Origin: Zygnema circumcarinatum SAG 698-1b | Taxonomy: Eukaryota; Plantae; Zygnematophyceae | DNA: 64,000 bases | Assembly (NCBI GenBank): GCA_037447605.1 | Contig: CM074805.1 | Location: forward strand, 2,389,361-2,453,360 | Direction of reading: 5' to 3' | Part shown: piece by piece, positions 1 to 17,489 of the stretch | Layout of the letters: every line of letters starts with the position of its first letter | Numbering within the stretch: position 1 is the first letter of the stretch | Program-made: the position numbers and the translations under genes | Notes under the pieces: model-generated | What the model was told of the DNA's origin: nothing | What the model saw: only the letters and a program-made list of their open reading frames with translations | The model's database searches: none

Positions 1-13
1 GTACCGTGGCCGC

Positions 14-212
14 TGACTGCGACTGACTGATTTCTGATTGACTGACTGACTAACTGCCAGCTGCCCGCCTCCCTCCCGACTCGAAAATTTTCCGACGGGT
101 TCTGTTCTGTCTGTTCGCACGTCCGGGTGACCGTACGGTACGGCCGAGCGAGACGTGCCCGCGGCCGGCACCGACAGCAGGACCGACCGACCGGCTGACC
201 GACTGACCGACC
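14..212. repeat. (GACT)n and (GACC)n short microsatellites
   Basis: gactgactga...gactgactgactaactg at 14-57 and gaccgaccgaccggctgaccgactgaccgacc at 181-212. Confidence 0.7.
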
Positions 213-1350
213 GCGCGATCCCCGCCGTCCGCTGGGCGCCACGATCCGATCGGGCGGTCCGCGTCGCGACGGGAAGGCCGCCCAAGGCCAGCCTCCAGGT
301 GCAGGGCAGGTGTGACGTCATGGTTGCCAGTGCTGACGAGGCAATCAGTCCGAACCTAAAGGCTCCCTCGCAAAAGTCAAACAGCCGTACCAGTGGCGAT
401 AATGGGTGCCTCCAAAACGATTTTTGTCCTGCCCGGGACCGCGGGAGGGGCAGCATGGGGCCAAAACTCGAAAAAATCTGACGTTTTGTGTTCGTCAGCA
501 AGCTGCCGGCTCTCAGTTTCCCGTTGAAAACCGCTGGCGGCCATGTACTCAAACCTAGTTTTACATTTACTATTTTGTCATTTTTAAGAAAGAAAACGAC
601 AGCGTCAAGTCGACGTGGCGACCATCGGAGCACGAAATTTGACCTGGTCGGTGGGATCTAACGGTACTGATGCGCCACGTGTCCGACTTCACATATTGGG
701 GGCCACCCCCCCCCCGCGGCCTCCCCGCCGGTTTCAAGCTGGAGCCGCTCGTGCGGACGGCTCGCAACTCTGGTTAAGAAACCCGAGGCGGGCTGCGCTC
801 GCAACTTGAGTGAAAAACTGAAAAGGAAAAACGGGACGTGACAGGACCAATGCCCGCGTGCACTACAGTACAGTATTGCTTGGACCGCCCGTCCGGACGG
901 CCCGCCTGCCGGCCCTCCCCCGTGCGCCCGCCGCCCTTGGAGGCGCATGCACCCGCGGCCACGCTCGCAGCCTTCACAGCGTGGCCTCGCCTCCGCCTTC
1001 GACGCGCTATGGCTGTTGGTGACCGTCCGATGGCCAGCCGCCCCACCCTTCCTTCACGCCACGTGGCTATGTCGACCTTCGCGGCTGCTGCCAGAGCCAT
1101 GTTGTTGTTGTTGTTGGCCCTAGAAGCAAAGTTCCGCTCATGACTCTCGTCCTGAGGTCCTTCGCGACCCGTTCCTCGTGGTTCCTCATGTTGCCTTTGT
1201 CCATGCTCACTTGATGGCATCGCGCTCGCGAGCCCCATGCCCCATCCAATCCCAGATCGCCCCCATGACGACCGCGCCTGCGCCAGAGGCTCATGTCATG
1301 TCATGTCCGGGTTCGCATTCGAGGGGTCCGAGGATCGTCGCGTGGCCGGA

Positions 1351-1405
1351 CGGCCAACCGGCGGCCGGCAGGTGCCGGTGCCGGTTGCCGGCCGCCGGTT
1401 GGCCG
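1351..1405. repeat. GC-rich 20-bp perfect inverted repeat, 15-nt spacer
   Basis: CGGCCAACCGGCGGCCGGCA (1351-1370) and TGCCGGCCGCCGGTTGGCCG (1386-1405). Confidence 0.9.
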
Positions 1406-1977
1406 GCTCGCCAGGGTCCCCCCGCCGGCGGCCGGGGACCGCCGTCCCCATCCCGTCCCCGTCCCTGTCCCCGTCCCCGCGCTCGTCGTCCCGAAGCGGC
1501 GCGCCGACACATTGTCCGTGGCGGGGCGGGCGGGCGGGTGGGCGGGCGGGCGGCGCAATTCGCGTTCCGGCGAGCGGTCCCTCCCTCCCTCACGCGGGGC
1601 TCCGCGCGCTCGAGCAAGCGCGGTTGGTTGCGGCGGTCACCGGCGGTCACCGACGGTTCGGAGGCGTCGCATCTACCGGAAGCGGGGCGCTCTGAGACGC
1701 GCTCTGCAACTGACACGTGGAGGGGGGATGGACAGGTGGCCGGGGAGGAGGGAGGGAGGGAGAGGGGGAGAGAAGGGGAGGAGAGAGGGAGAGGGGGGGA
1801 GGAGAGAGGGAGAGTGGGGGAAGGGAACGAAGCGTTGGAGTGAATACGTCGTTGCTGGAGGCATGGAAAGGAGGCAGGTTCGGGGGATGGACGTGAGGAG
1901 TGCGTAGGGAGAGCGTTTAGGGTTGGGAGGTTTTCTGGTCGGGAGGGCGCTTAGGGTTGGTAGCGAGGGAGGAAGAC

Positions 1978-4734
1978 ATGGCGACGGTTGAAGTTAGCAA
2001 GTTTCAGGTAGGTGAGACGGCTATAGACAGTAAAGTCAAGCTGGAAAACGGTTGTTGGAGCAAAGCAGAGGATTGTGGAAGGAACGGAGAGGAAAGCGGA
2101 AGTGAAGCAGGACGGGATGATTCAAGGGAAGGTGAGGGAGGAAAAGATGAAGCTGTTGCAAATAAGGAGGGCTGGAACTCCGGCGGAACTTCGGAACATC
2201 AGAGGTGGGGAGAGGAGGAGGAGGCATTGACTGTATTGAGCAGGGCTGAGCTGGATGGCGCTGTGAGAGACAGAATAGAGGCGAACGGGTTGGGATGTAA
2301 CTCTGAACGCACAGATATTGGTCTGTCGAGTGCAACGGAAGCAGGAAACGTAATCAGACCGTCAGAGAAATTTGAAGAACCGTCGATGGAATGTGCGTTA
2401 GAGTCAAAAGGCGGCAAATGTGTTGGGATAGCTGCACAGCTTATGTTTGAAAAAGGATGTTGGAAAGAAAGTGATGAAGAGGAAGTTAAAAAAGGGGTGT
2501 TGGCAGAAAGTATAGAGGAAACTGGCGAGACGAGGAAACTGGTGGATGAAGCTGGCTGTACAGGAGTGGCGCAAGAAGAAGGAAAAAATACAAAAACAAC
2601 TGACAGGTTGGCGAAGCTTGAGGAGATGGACAGAGAAAACATAGTTGAGGTAATGGAGGAGATTGCAGTGCTAGAAGTCCCTAGAGGGCAAGTGAACCAG
2701 CGGGAAGGAGAACGAACGAAAACGGATGAGACGGGTTCTCTACGTGTAAATATAAAGGGATTGGAAGAGATGGAGGAGGGGAGAACCGGGAAGGTTGAGG
2801 AGGAGGAGGACCTCGAATATAGCGAATGCCATTCCAGAGTGACGGAGTCGAGCGAATGGATAGAATTGGCCGTGGAAGAAGTGGAAGTGCGGAAAGAGGG
2901 AATCCAGGGGGAATGCGGAAGAGATAGGTCGGCCAAATACAGCAGTGACCGGTGCCAACTGGCTGCGGAGAGGTCAGAGGAAACTGGGGGGGAGTCGACG
3001 ACAGGAGGAAGCGATACAAACATGAGGCAGGGTTGGATCTTGTTTCCTGATGTTGCTGTCGTTTCGGATTCCAGTGCAGAGTCGTCAGCTGAAGTAACTC
3101 AGTGGAGGGAAGTTGGGCACGAACCGATTCAAAGTGATCCGGCGGATCAGCTCGCTCTTGAAGGAGGGGACCGCAATTTTGTTGAGGGAGCTTCAGACCA
3201 CGACGGAGGATTAGAAGCGGTGCACGATAGCGTGGATGAAGTTCAAACATTAGTGTCAGAAGCCTGGGAAAGCAGGGATACAGCTGCAGCAGTCGAGGAA
3301 AGCACAACCAGGGAAGATGGGATGGCCATGAGGAATGAAGCACAGGCTACAGGCACATCTGAAGATAGGGACATACCTTTAGAGGACCTTAGAGAGGCAG
3401 CATTGGTCACAACCACATCTCGAAGGACTTCTGAGAGGAGGCGAACCAGCCATGCTTCCCGGGTTTTGTGGAGTTCTGTTGTGGAAGAGGAGGACACGAG
3501 ACATGGAGGAGTAGGGTCCCGGAGTACTGAACACTTAGGCGGATTGGAAAGCAGCAGAGCGATTGTAGGAAGGCAGAGCCCAGTTGCCGGAGGTATGGCA
3601 AGACTTTCTGTCGGCACATCAAGTGCTGCCTTGAGCAGAAGACCGCGGCAAAGGAGAAGTAGGGCGCTGCACTGCTTGCCGTGTGGGCACAGGGGAACAA
3701 TGAGTCCCCAATCAGGGCACAGCTCCCCATGGCGGCAAGTGGCGGGAGTGCGGACCACTCCTGTGCTGCCATTGGAGAATCGCGGAGAAGTGTTACTTTC
3801 TGAGTTTATTAGATCTAGAGGAGTTTCACTTGAATCTATATCACTGCCGTCAACACTGGGAGGAAGGGGCCGCAACAGGAGTCGCAATGAGGGGTTGCGA
3901 GAAGTAGAAGGATTAACTGCTGTCAATGCTAGTTCCATAGAGTCGCAAAATGAAGCAGCTCCAACAGGAACAGGAGGAGCACTGGAATCAGCTTCAATGG
4001 AAGCAGAGAGAGCAGAAAACAACGCGAGCATTGTTCCCCAAGATGAACCGGTTAATGCAGAAGCTAACCTCGCGATCCGTGCTGCTGCTGCTGCTGGCGG
4101 AAATGCTGGAGTTGCAGTTGGAAATGTGGTTCTGCCGGGAACGAGAGAGGAGAATTCAGGGGCGGCAACGAATTCTGCGTCAGGACCTACCGGCCGCCTT
4201 TGGGAAAGCTTTAGGGCTGAAAATGACGGCCGCAGGCGGAGAGGACGCGCGGTCTCGGGCCCCGCCACTCCGGGGCTGTCCACACCCGGCGACTCCACCC
4301 CTGGGTGGGGCACGCCCGGCCGGCTTACTCCCGGCGCAAGGACCCCCAGCGGACGGGGCACCTCCCACTCAACGAGGAGGAGAAGGAGGACACCGACAGG
4401 TGCTCCACAGCAAGCCATCGATGCAGCGATAGAAATGGCCTTGTTTGGTTTGGGACCGAACTCTGGGGGAGGGGGGGGGAGGTCTGGGGTTAGAAGGACT
4501 CATGCTGCATGCATACCAAAGGAAGCTGACAGCGGCATTTCAAGTGAGGAGGAAGGAGTGATTGAGGAGCAACTGGACCTCACCTGCTGTGTCTGCATGA
4601 TCTCCAACAAACGGGCTGCATTCATCCCATGTGGACACACCTTTTGTCGCAAGTGTGCGAGAGAGGTGCACATGGCAAGGGGGAGATGTCCACTCTGCAA
4701 TCGACGGATTAGGGAGATTTTAAAGCTTTTTTAA
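1978..4734 (+). CDS. Single-exon RING-HC (C3HC4) E3 ubiquitin ligase-like protein, 918 aa, long acidic low-complexity N-terminus
   Basis: Uninterrupted ORF from the first ATG at 1978 to TAA 4732-4734. C-terminus CCVCMISNKRAAFIPCGHTFCRKCAREVHMARGRCPLCNRRIREILKLF has RING-HC spacing and resembles the plant family ending CCVCM...GAAFIPCGHTFCRxC...CPLCN..I..IL..F. Confidence 0.9.
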   Translation: MATVEVSKFQVGETAIDSKVKLENGCWSKAEDCGRNGEESGSEAGRDDSREGEGGKDEAVANKEGWNSGGTSEHQRWGEEEEALTVLSRAELDGAVRDRIEANGLGCNSERTDIGLSSATEAGNVIRPSEKFEEPSMECALESKGGKCVGIAAQLMFEKGCWKESDEEEVKKGVLAESIEETGETRKLVDEAGCTGVAQEEGKNTKTTDRLAKLEEMDRENIVEVMEEIAVLEVPRGQVNQREGERTKTDETGSLRVNIKGLEEMEEGRTGKVEEEEDLEYSECHSRVTESSEWIELAVEEVEVRKEGIQGECGRDRSAKYSSDRCQLAAERSEETGGESTTGGSDTNMRQGWILFPDVAVVSDSSAESSAEVTQWREVGHEPIQSDPADQLALEGGDRNFVEGASDHDGGLEAVHDSVDEVQTLVSEAWESRDTAAAVEESTTREDGMAMRNEAQATGTSEDRDIPLEDLREAALVTTTSRRTSERRRTSHASRVLWSSVVEEEDTRHGGVGSRSTEHLGGLESSRAIVGRQSPVAGGMARLSVGTSSAALSRRPRQRRSRALHCLPCGHRGTMSPQSGHSSPWRQVAGVRTTPVLPLENRGEVLLSEFIRSRGVSLESISLPSTLGGRGRNRSRNEGLREVEGLTAVNASSIESQNEAAPTGTGGALESASMEAERAENNASIVPQDEPVNAEANLAIRAAAAAGGNAGVAVGNVVLPGTREENSGAATNSASGPTGRLWESFRAENDGRRRRGRAVSGPATPGLSTPGDSTPGWGTPGRLTPGARTPSGRGTSHSTRRRRRTPTGAPQQAIDAAIEMALFGLGPNSGGGGGRSGVRRTHAACIPKEADSGISSEEEGVIEEQLDLTCCVCMISNKRAAFIPCGHTFCRKCAREVHMARGRCPLCNRRIREILKLF

Positions 4735-6140
4735 GACCCCAACCAGGAACACTGTCCAATAATTGTTACTAGTCCTGCGATAACTTATCGTTAAGTGCAA
4801 AAAAATGGGATCGTAACGATGCTACTTATGCGCTCGGGGATTTGTAGCGGTGTATGTGTCTGGGCCTTAACTGCTTTAGAGTCGACACATAGGCATGTAT
4901 AGAGCGCTATTCAGCAAAGCAATCTTGTTGAATTTAACTATATTTATTAATGCTGCGACTCCATGGATGCTGCACGTTTTACTTTCTCCATGCTCAACAG
5001 CATTTATGGGTCTCAACTTAGGCAACGTGTGCCAAAACGTATTGCAAAGTGCGCACGTCAGGTTTCAAGATTGGGTGATGCCAAAGTATGTGCATGAAAA
5101 GATTTGCATTTTATTCTCATAGAGACTCAGAACGGTCAGTGACAATGTATCGAAAACCATCACTGCCAAGCGACACACTAATTGTTGGCGTCAATAAAAT
5201 ATGGTACAAGGTATTCACTAGCAGGATTGCCGACTTCATGTCAAGAGTAGGCAACCTACAACTCCAGAAGAAAGTACAGGACTAGCTCTCACACTCACTG
5301 AAGAAAAAAACTGCATCTACGTCTGTTATACTTCAAATGCCGTAAGAGTAATCATACATAAGAAGGTTGGGAGGACAATAACCTCCAGACCTAGATGAGG
5401 AGGGCTTTAAAAAGTGAAATGAAAGTAAGCTACACGAAGGGTTCAGTTCATGCAATGACTTGGCGAAGTTAAATCCGCTTGACTCTTGTGAGACACGTTA
5501 TTTTGTTGACATCGACTGTGATTGGGGTCTGAGGGTTGAAGGGGGGGTGGAGTTGAAATCCTCTGCCTCCGCATGTTTGGTACGGTGAACACCGCTAGAG
5601 TCCCTTCCAAGTTGAATGTGAGGTTGGTCGATCCATCCTGAAATGCGACAACAGGGCCACGTCAAGGAGATTTTTTGTCTGTTTGATAACAATGCCCGCA
5701 GAACAAATATGTCTACACTAACCTTCCAAGCGCGCAAAGGAGGCACATCTCACTCAACGATACTAATGGAATTCACACATGGAAGCTCTACACTGCAGCA
5801 CGCTACTCTAACGTGCAGTCAGAGTTTAAAGATATCATAAGGAGGAATCAAGCCATCATTTACGTTCTTCGAAAATTGACTAGTTCACGAGAGGGTAGGC
5901 CGCAGACAGCAAGGGATGGACTACTGACCATTTAGCCACTAAATCCGGAGGCCTTCTAGGAGGATCAACGTCAAAACGTATCTTTGACGAATGGATTTCT
6001 AACGTCAAAAACATGTACCGGCAGTGAAGCAATTCGAGCAATTCACGTTTGTGTTTCTGGACACGTTTACGTTCCTGGACAATTCAAACTACCGTACCTG
6101 GTGGTTTGTACAAGAGGCGAGCATGACCCTATAGTGCGGG

Positions 6141-7243
6141 TTATGGTGCCATGCATGTGGACATAGCGCCGTCAGTCTGAATGAAAGCAGAATAATCTGC
6201 ATTCCTCGTCCTAATCCTCGTCTCCTCTACTAGAAACACAAAAAAAATCTCCTCTTACTCGTCAGGAAAGCGCAGAGATTGGATGAAGAGCGACCTTACC
6301 CAGAGCAGGATCAATGCCTCGATTTTTTAGCTCCCGGGCTTCTTGGCAGATGGCGCAGCAGCAGCAACAAAAGTATGTGCAGCAATCTCCGCAAGGCCAG
6401 GCAGGCAGGTCATAAAGTGCCCGAAGTTTCTTTCGAAACTTGTACATATACAGGCAGCCACATAGGTTGAAGACGGCGCAGCACAAACAGCAGCTGTACG
6501 CACAATCTGCATGAATGTCCCGACATGATGAATCATGCAAACTTAAACGGCTGTATTCCGAAACTGATGATGGACGAAAGAGCTGAACTTTGAAGTTGCA
6601 ATAAGTCAAAAATTCATGCTTCGACCAAATGCTGAAATGTGAGCCTCTCACCTACGCTCCCGGCGGTGACAACTTCGACATTGCGTCCAGCCTGGATGCA
6701 GGGGCACCAGCATGCCAGACAGCCTGCAGAACACAACATGAAGCTAAGCGTCTAGCAAGAGAAAGCGGCCCACACGAAAGTACTGTAGAAAGAAAGCTGA
6801 AGAGAAATGCAATAAAGAGAAAATAGAGTTAAAATGACAGCGGAATAGAGGCGAAACGTATTGGGAGCGCCTAAAAAGGTAAATGAGGAGAGCCAGAACA
6901 ACAAGGAGAGAGAGAATTAATGGAAGCAATAAGGCCTCTACTCGGCGAGCCTCATCTCAAGCAAGAAACAGTAATGCATACAGCCGTCATAAAAGAGAGA
7001 AGAGGGAGACGATAAAAAAACCTTAATTAGCCTACGTTGTGTTCAAGTGGCTCATACTCAACCTCTGCGGTTGAAATTTTGTCAACGCCAGCACTATCAA
7101 ACATAAAATAGGACGTATTACTTCTTCAAACACCATTCCCCCTGTATCAAGATGCAGGCGTGAGTGGGATGGCGAGCTTCACAAACATCACAGTCGTCCA
7201 AGCAGTTGCAGACTCCCGTCGTCCAAACGCCCTTGGCAGCCAT
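6141..7243 (-). CDS. PLAC8-family Cys-rich protein (plant cadmium resistance / cell number regulator-like), 4 exons
   Basis: Exon 7243-7183 encodes MAAKGVWTTGVCNCLDDCDV. The exon near 6723-6652 encodes CLACWCPCIQAGRNVEVVTAGSV. Exon 6506-6300 encodes CAYSCCLCCAVFNLCGCLYMYKFRKKLRALYDLPAWPCGDCCTYFCCCCCAICQEARELKNRGIDP. These are hallmark PLAC8 motifs joined by in-phase GT-AG introns. The last exon (6229-6141) is inferred from a polypyrimidine tract and is less certain. Confidence 0.88.
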
Positions 7244-7469
7244 GGCGTCCACAGCCTCCAGTCAGTACCCTCGCCCCGGCCCCACTGCCCGAGCACTCAA
7301 CCCATCCCCACGCCTCCTCTCCGCCATTGCGCTTCCCCATGGATATGACTTTATGAAGGAGCACAGTATGACTTTACCAGAAGCGACCACTGTACTTTAA
7401 GGACCGTACACTTGTGCCCGTAACTGTACGGTACGAGGCTTCCGTACACTTCCATACGGAAAGTTTCCT

Positions 7470-7602
7470 GAGTTTTGAGTTTTTGAGTTTTTGAGTTTTT
7501 GAGTTTTTGAGTTTTTGAGTTTTTGAGTTTTTGAGTTTTTGAGTTTTTGAGTTTTTGAGTTTTTGAGTTTTTGAGTTTTTGAGTTTTTGAGTTTTGAGTT
7601 TT
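7470..7602. repeat. GAGTTTTT 8-mer tandem array
   Basis: 14 perfect 8-mers at 7477-7588, plus 7-mer GAGTTTT units at 7470, 7589 and 7596. Confidence 0.95.
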
Positions 7603-7738
7603 GCTTGAGAAACTAGGCAACGCAAAAAAGAAAATGCCGAAAATGCCGTACGGGCCGCTGCGCCCTCCCGCGTCCGCGTCCTCCTCGCGGCAGCCATAGC
7701 CGGTCTCTGCTCGCAGAGGGCACTCTCTCGCCGCCACC

Positions 7739-10574
7739 ATGAGGAATGGACGCTTGGCTGCTCGCGTGGCGCTGCGGGCGGTGGCGGCTTTCAGGGAAAC
7801 GCAATCCCACCCCGCCATGGCGCCTTTCAGCGCCGCTGGCGCCGGACAGATCCGGCGCTTGAACATCCATGAGTATCAGGTGCATTTCGTAACCATCAAA
7901 GATCTAGGATGTTTATTTTCCTATTTATGCGCCTCCCTCTGCATTTGCATTTGCTGGCTCAGTTCTGCGGTCCCTGCAGCAGCACACCTGCTGTTAGGGT
8001 TAGGGTTGGGTGGTCGCTGGAGGATATCGCGAGTGATGCGGAGGGACGCGGGGAGGGTCTCGCGTGGGGCGCAGGGTGCGAACCTGATGAGCAAGTTTGG
8101 CATCAACGTACCACGCGGTATGGTGGCGTCAACGCCACAAGAAGCAGCAGCCGCTGCCAAGGAGCTGGGAGAAGAGGTGCGATATTTTCGTCTTTTTTTC
8201 CTTTCTCTTTCAAATTCAAACTTCTCATGGTGCCTAGTGGCATGTCCCCGGCTTCACTGCTGCAGGGGCTTAGGAGCTGCAGGTGGTGGTAAAGGCGCAA
8301 GTACTTGCAGGAGGCCGTGGCCGCGGAACCTTCAAGTCTGGCTTTGAAGGGGGTGTGCACATTGTGAAAGCGGAGGAGGTGGAGAGCTTAGCAGGTGAGA
8401 GATGGTCATGTAGGCTCGTGGGCCTTTAGAGTTGATGGAGTTTGTACTCGCACTCGATATTGACCTTGCTGGAATGAGTCTAATAGGAAAGAAGGTCTTT
8501 CAGGTAAAATGCTGGGGCAGGTGCTCGTCACCAAGCAGACTGGTGAGGAGGGCAAGCCAGTGAACAAGGTATGTGCTTCTACCTATGAGCGGCTTTAAGC
8601 AGGTTTCCGCTGCTGTCGCCTCTCTCTTCTGTTTTAGTCTTTGAGTACCTCCATTTTTTGCAGTGCAGGTGCTCGTTGCTGAGAAACTCGCTTTGATTAA
8701 TGAAATGTACTTCGCAATTGTTCTCGACCGTGCGTCTGCTGGTCCGGTATGTTGAAAACCTTTCAGTCTTTTGGAGATGTCTATTGCTTAATGCTTCCGC
8801 CTCTTTCTATCGTTAGACTGCAGACTCTCATGCTTTTTCTGCGGATTTTTTGCTGAATTGTTCAAGTTATGACATATATGTTGTATATGGACGTCAGTGT
8901 AAATATTCTGGTTCCTGGCAGTTGAGAATGTTCTCTTGCTGGCAGGACCTGGAGGAAGATGAGTAGCTAGGAGGAGCTGATTTCGCTTAACTTTTACGTC
9001 AGTGGGAAAACGGGGCTGTTATTGATTTCAGGTGATTATTGCCTGCAGCAGAGGTGGCACGAGCATTGAGGACCTAGCAGAGAAGCACCCGGATCTCATT
9101 GTCAAGGTCACGCCCACTCCTACCCTCTGGTTACATAATCGATCACTTACGATGCCCTGCCGTTTGCATGGATGCATTATCCATTGCATTTCAGGCTGGC
9201 GGTATTTTGATTTAAAATGGACGATTTTTAGAGACTCGAAAAGCTGGCCTATTGCAGGTGCCAGTCGACATATTTAAGGGAATAACCGATGAGCAGGCGA
9301 AAGCAGTCGTGGATGGGTTGGACTTGAAGAAGGCGGACAAAACGGAGGCAATGGAGCAAGTGAAGAAGCTTTATAAGTTGTTTTCCACCTCCGATTGTAC
9401 GCTTGTGGAGGTACACCTACAACTGCTCGCGTAGACATTGTTTGTCTGAGCTCAGTCCAGCGTGTCAGTGTACGCTGAGGATACGATTGTGATAATGCCT
9501 TTGAGGTGCCTATCCGGGAAGGGCAGATCAACCCCCTTGCAGAGACGGCCGATGGTCTTCTTGTAGCGGCTGATGCGAAGCTCAACTTTGATGACAATGC
9601 ATCCTTTCGACAAAAGGACATTTTTGCGCTTCGTGATACGACACAAGAAGACCCTCGCGAGGTGGGCAGACTTGATCGCCGCCGTCTGTGCTTGCAGCTT
9701 GAAAGGAAAAGCCATTGAACATTGAACTTTTGGGGCTGGGAGGTGGCTGCCAGGTAGCAGCAGCGGCCGCAGACCTTAACTATATTGGGCTCTTTGGAGA
9801 GATTGGATGCATGGTGAACGGAGCAGGACTGGCCATGGCCACCATGGACATTATCCAGCTACATGGAGGCACCCCTGCCAACTTTCTCGACGTTGGAGGA
9901 AATGCAACGGAAGGCCAGGCAGGTCCCACTGGCCATTGCGTCTAAACTAGATGCACCTGCGCACCCTGAATTACTGTTTAGGTTCAGCTAGGAGTTGGCA
10001 AAACGCAACTGTTAGCGTGCTCAAGGGAGTTGTGCAGGTGGTTGAAGCCTTCAAGATCTTGACAGCAGACCCGAAGGTCAAGGCGATCCTAGTGAATATC
10101 TTTGGAGGCATTATGAAGTGCGACGTAATTGCAGCGGGGATTGTTGGCGCAGCAAAAAATGTAAGTTTCCTCGTTTTTTTGGGCACACAAAAAAAATATT
10201 TGTTTAGAGCACGGTGGCATATATGTGGTGCTGACTCCATGATAGGCCACTGAGCGGAGAGCGCTCACATCTCATACGGAGTCTCCCTACTTACGATGCG
10301 TGGTTCTGTGCAGGTTCACCTGAAAGTGCCTTTGGTTGTAAGGCTGGAAGGCACGAACGTTGACAAGGGAAAGCAGATCATTAAGGTGTGCTTACTGCTC
10401 TTATAGCTCTTCTGAAGAAGGAGATGCCGGAAGGGCTTGATTTCCAGAGGTTGACTTTGGGTGGCGGAATGTGTGCTGAACATGTGTTGTTTCCAGGAGA
10501 GCGGTATGACCATTATTCCTGCGGATGACCTTGACGATGCGGCGGTGAAGGCAGTGGCAGCGGCCCGCCAATGA
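7739..10574 (+). CDS. SUCLA2: Succinyl-CoA ligase beta subunit, mitochondrial, 12 exons
   Basis: Exons translate to transit peptide + [134 protein letters not shown] and [12 protein letters not shown]. Stop TGA at 10572-10574. Confidence 0.96.
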
Positions 10575-11246
10575 CAGGTGGACAAGTGCCATGGTTGACA
10601 TCGAGTTTGAAGGGTCGGACGAAGTGCTTCGACACCTGCCGCAAATAATGACTCTCTGGAGGGCCTGTAGTGGGCGCGGCGCACAGGCAGCCTCTGTACA
10701 TAGAGCAGACTGGGAGCGCCTCTGGGCACAAATTTGCATGTGTAGGATGAGCCGAGGCTGTTTGAGATAAGTTTTGCATATGAAAGTGCATGTGTAGTGC
10801 GCACATTTTGTTCATTATGTGCGATTCAAAATAATGTGAGGAAAAGAAGAGGATTCAGCATGTCCCCTTGTGCGCTTTACTTGACTCCATGCTTTGGTGT
10901 GACAGGGGTGAAGTGTGTTAATGTAGTGGTTAACCGGCGGTCACATCAGGGCTAAATTTCACTTCATCCCACGGTTAAGGTCCCTTACTGTGACAGTAAT
11001 CTGAAATGCACAATTTCAAGGTGAAACATGTAGCACGGAAGACCAAAAAGTCAGCTATTAAAAACCTGAAAATCAAGTAGACCAATTGGTAAGGACTGCT
11101 TTATTGGCTCGATGACCTATTTAAGAGCCTTTTTTTTTGTGAGATCTTGTCCCAAAATGCAACGAACCACTGCCGCATTGAGCGCAGTCGGCCCCAAAAC
11201 TTGAAACACCTCATTTGGACGCAACAACACAACCAGCCACCTTCAC

Positions 11247-17030
<5,784 letters not shown>

Positions 17031-17489
17031 CCTCCTTCCTTTCGGCGCTGCTCAGCACTGTCCCTGCCCCTCAGAAAGCAGTCCCCCCGGCTATGGCTGC
17101 CTCCAGCCCAGCCCCAGTTCCAAGCCCTCCCTGAAGCCCAGCCAGCCAGCCAGGCGAGCAACAGCGCAGAGCGGAGAGGCCGGCCAACAGGGCAGGGCAG
17201 GGTCGGAGGGGGACACGTGGCAGCAAGAGAGAGCCACACGTGGCAGCTACGTCCCTTTCGGGGGGAGACGTCATCTCGTTTCGGATGAGAGCGTAGCATA
17301 GAACTGTGCTGCGCCACTGTGCACTGCGGCAACACAGAGACGTACGGACTGCCAACTGGAACCCGTTCTAGTACGACATGGAGAGGGCGTACGTTCCGCC
17401 GCGTGACACGATGTCACGCTTGTGGCCGGCGGGCGGAGTCTGGTCTTGGGCGGCCCTCCCCTCCTCTCTCTCTCCTCTCCTCTCTTAGA

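Noticed and set aside
155-1907. Many overlapping Arg/Pro/Gly-rich ORFs
   Set aside because: Expected in very GC-rich upstream DNA with few stop codons. No domain or splice support.
2036-4418. Long antisense ORFs (274, 220, 391 aa) opposite the RING gene
   Set aside because: Shadow ORFs of a purine-rich, low-complexity coding strand. They are Ser/Leu/Pro-rich with no recognisable domain.
7374-7866. ORFs containing KTQKLKNS repeats
   Set aside because: These are just translations of the GAGTTTTT DNA array in a divergent promoter.
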